From: Cupriavidus necator | Lineage (GTDB): Bacteria > Pseudomonadota > Gammaproteobacteria > Burkholderiales > Burkholderiaceae | Assembly (NCBI RefSeq): GCF_016127575.1 | Contig: NZ_CP066018.1 | Span: 2,070,001 to 2,102,000, forward strand | Direction of reading: 5' to 3' | DNA: 32,000 nucleotides | In this document: positions 31,891 through 32,000 of the stretch, in pieces | Numbering within the stretch: the stretch's first letter is position 1 | Layout of the letters: every line of letters begins with the position of its first letter | Program-made: the position numbers and the translations under genes | The notes under the pieces: model-generated | What the model was told of the DNA's origin: nothing | Seen by the model: only the letters and a program-made list of their open reading frames with translations | Database searches by the model: none

Positions 31891-32000
31891 ATGAGAAAAG
31901 GCATCATTCGGCAGGGCGACACGACCACGCACGGCGGCGAGGTGTTAGAAGGTATACCGAATTTTAGGATCCACGGCGTACCTGTCGCCGCGGTAGGGCA
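31891..32000 (+). CDS. PAAR-domain protein, 5' partial (runs off the window)
   Basis: My hand translation is MRKGIIRQGDTTTHGGEVLEGIPNFRIHGVPVAAVG, the canonical PAAR N-terminus (GD.T.HGG.V.eG....i.G.pvA). Confidence 0.7.
   Translation, partial: MRKGIIRQGDTTTHGGEVLEGIPNFRIHGVPVAAVG

Overview
High-GC proteobacterial chromosome segment, probably Burkholderiales-type judging from the NrdA/NrdB sequences and codon bias. It opens with the core nrdA / small Trp-rich ORF / nrdB operon and its terminator (1-4560). It then switches abruptly into about 27 kb of mosaic accessory DNA. (i) A clearly lower-GC island (about 4.56-9.7 kb) carries a DGQHR/ParB-DndB-like gene tightly coupled to a HEPN-like gene, convergent with an 833-aa STAND NTPase-TPR protein that has a HEPN-like N-terminus. 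(ii) Next come a SymE-like toxin, a decayed M81 (MlrC-like) peptidase pseudogene and a NYN+LOTUS gene. (iii) Three PAAR-type T6SS spike-tip genes are present with no vgrG or hcp. One is followed by a His...Cys (PPPDE-like) effector candidate plus a small membrane-anchored immunity candidate. One is followed by a GxSxG lipase plus a polytopic immunity candidate. One is truncated by the window end. There is also an orphan frameshifted immunity paralogue. (iv) A LysR regulator and ABC exporter lie divergent from a 63-aa ORF / AsnB (lasso-cyclase-like) / APH-fold kinase / GNAT operon. A decayed second copy of this operon sits at 27.8-29.1 kb. (v) A PD-(D/E)XK nuclease lies divergent from an OGG-fold-like gene. 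(vi) A TetR/MpaB-oxygenase pair is present, plus two further TetR remnants. A roughly 50-bp AGATCT-centred palindromic element occurs four times at module junctions. I recognised no rRNA, tRNA, CRISPR array, transposase or integrase. All functional calls come from motifs read by eye in the supplied translations; no database search was possible.
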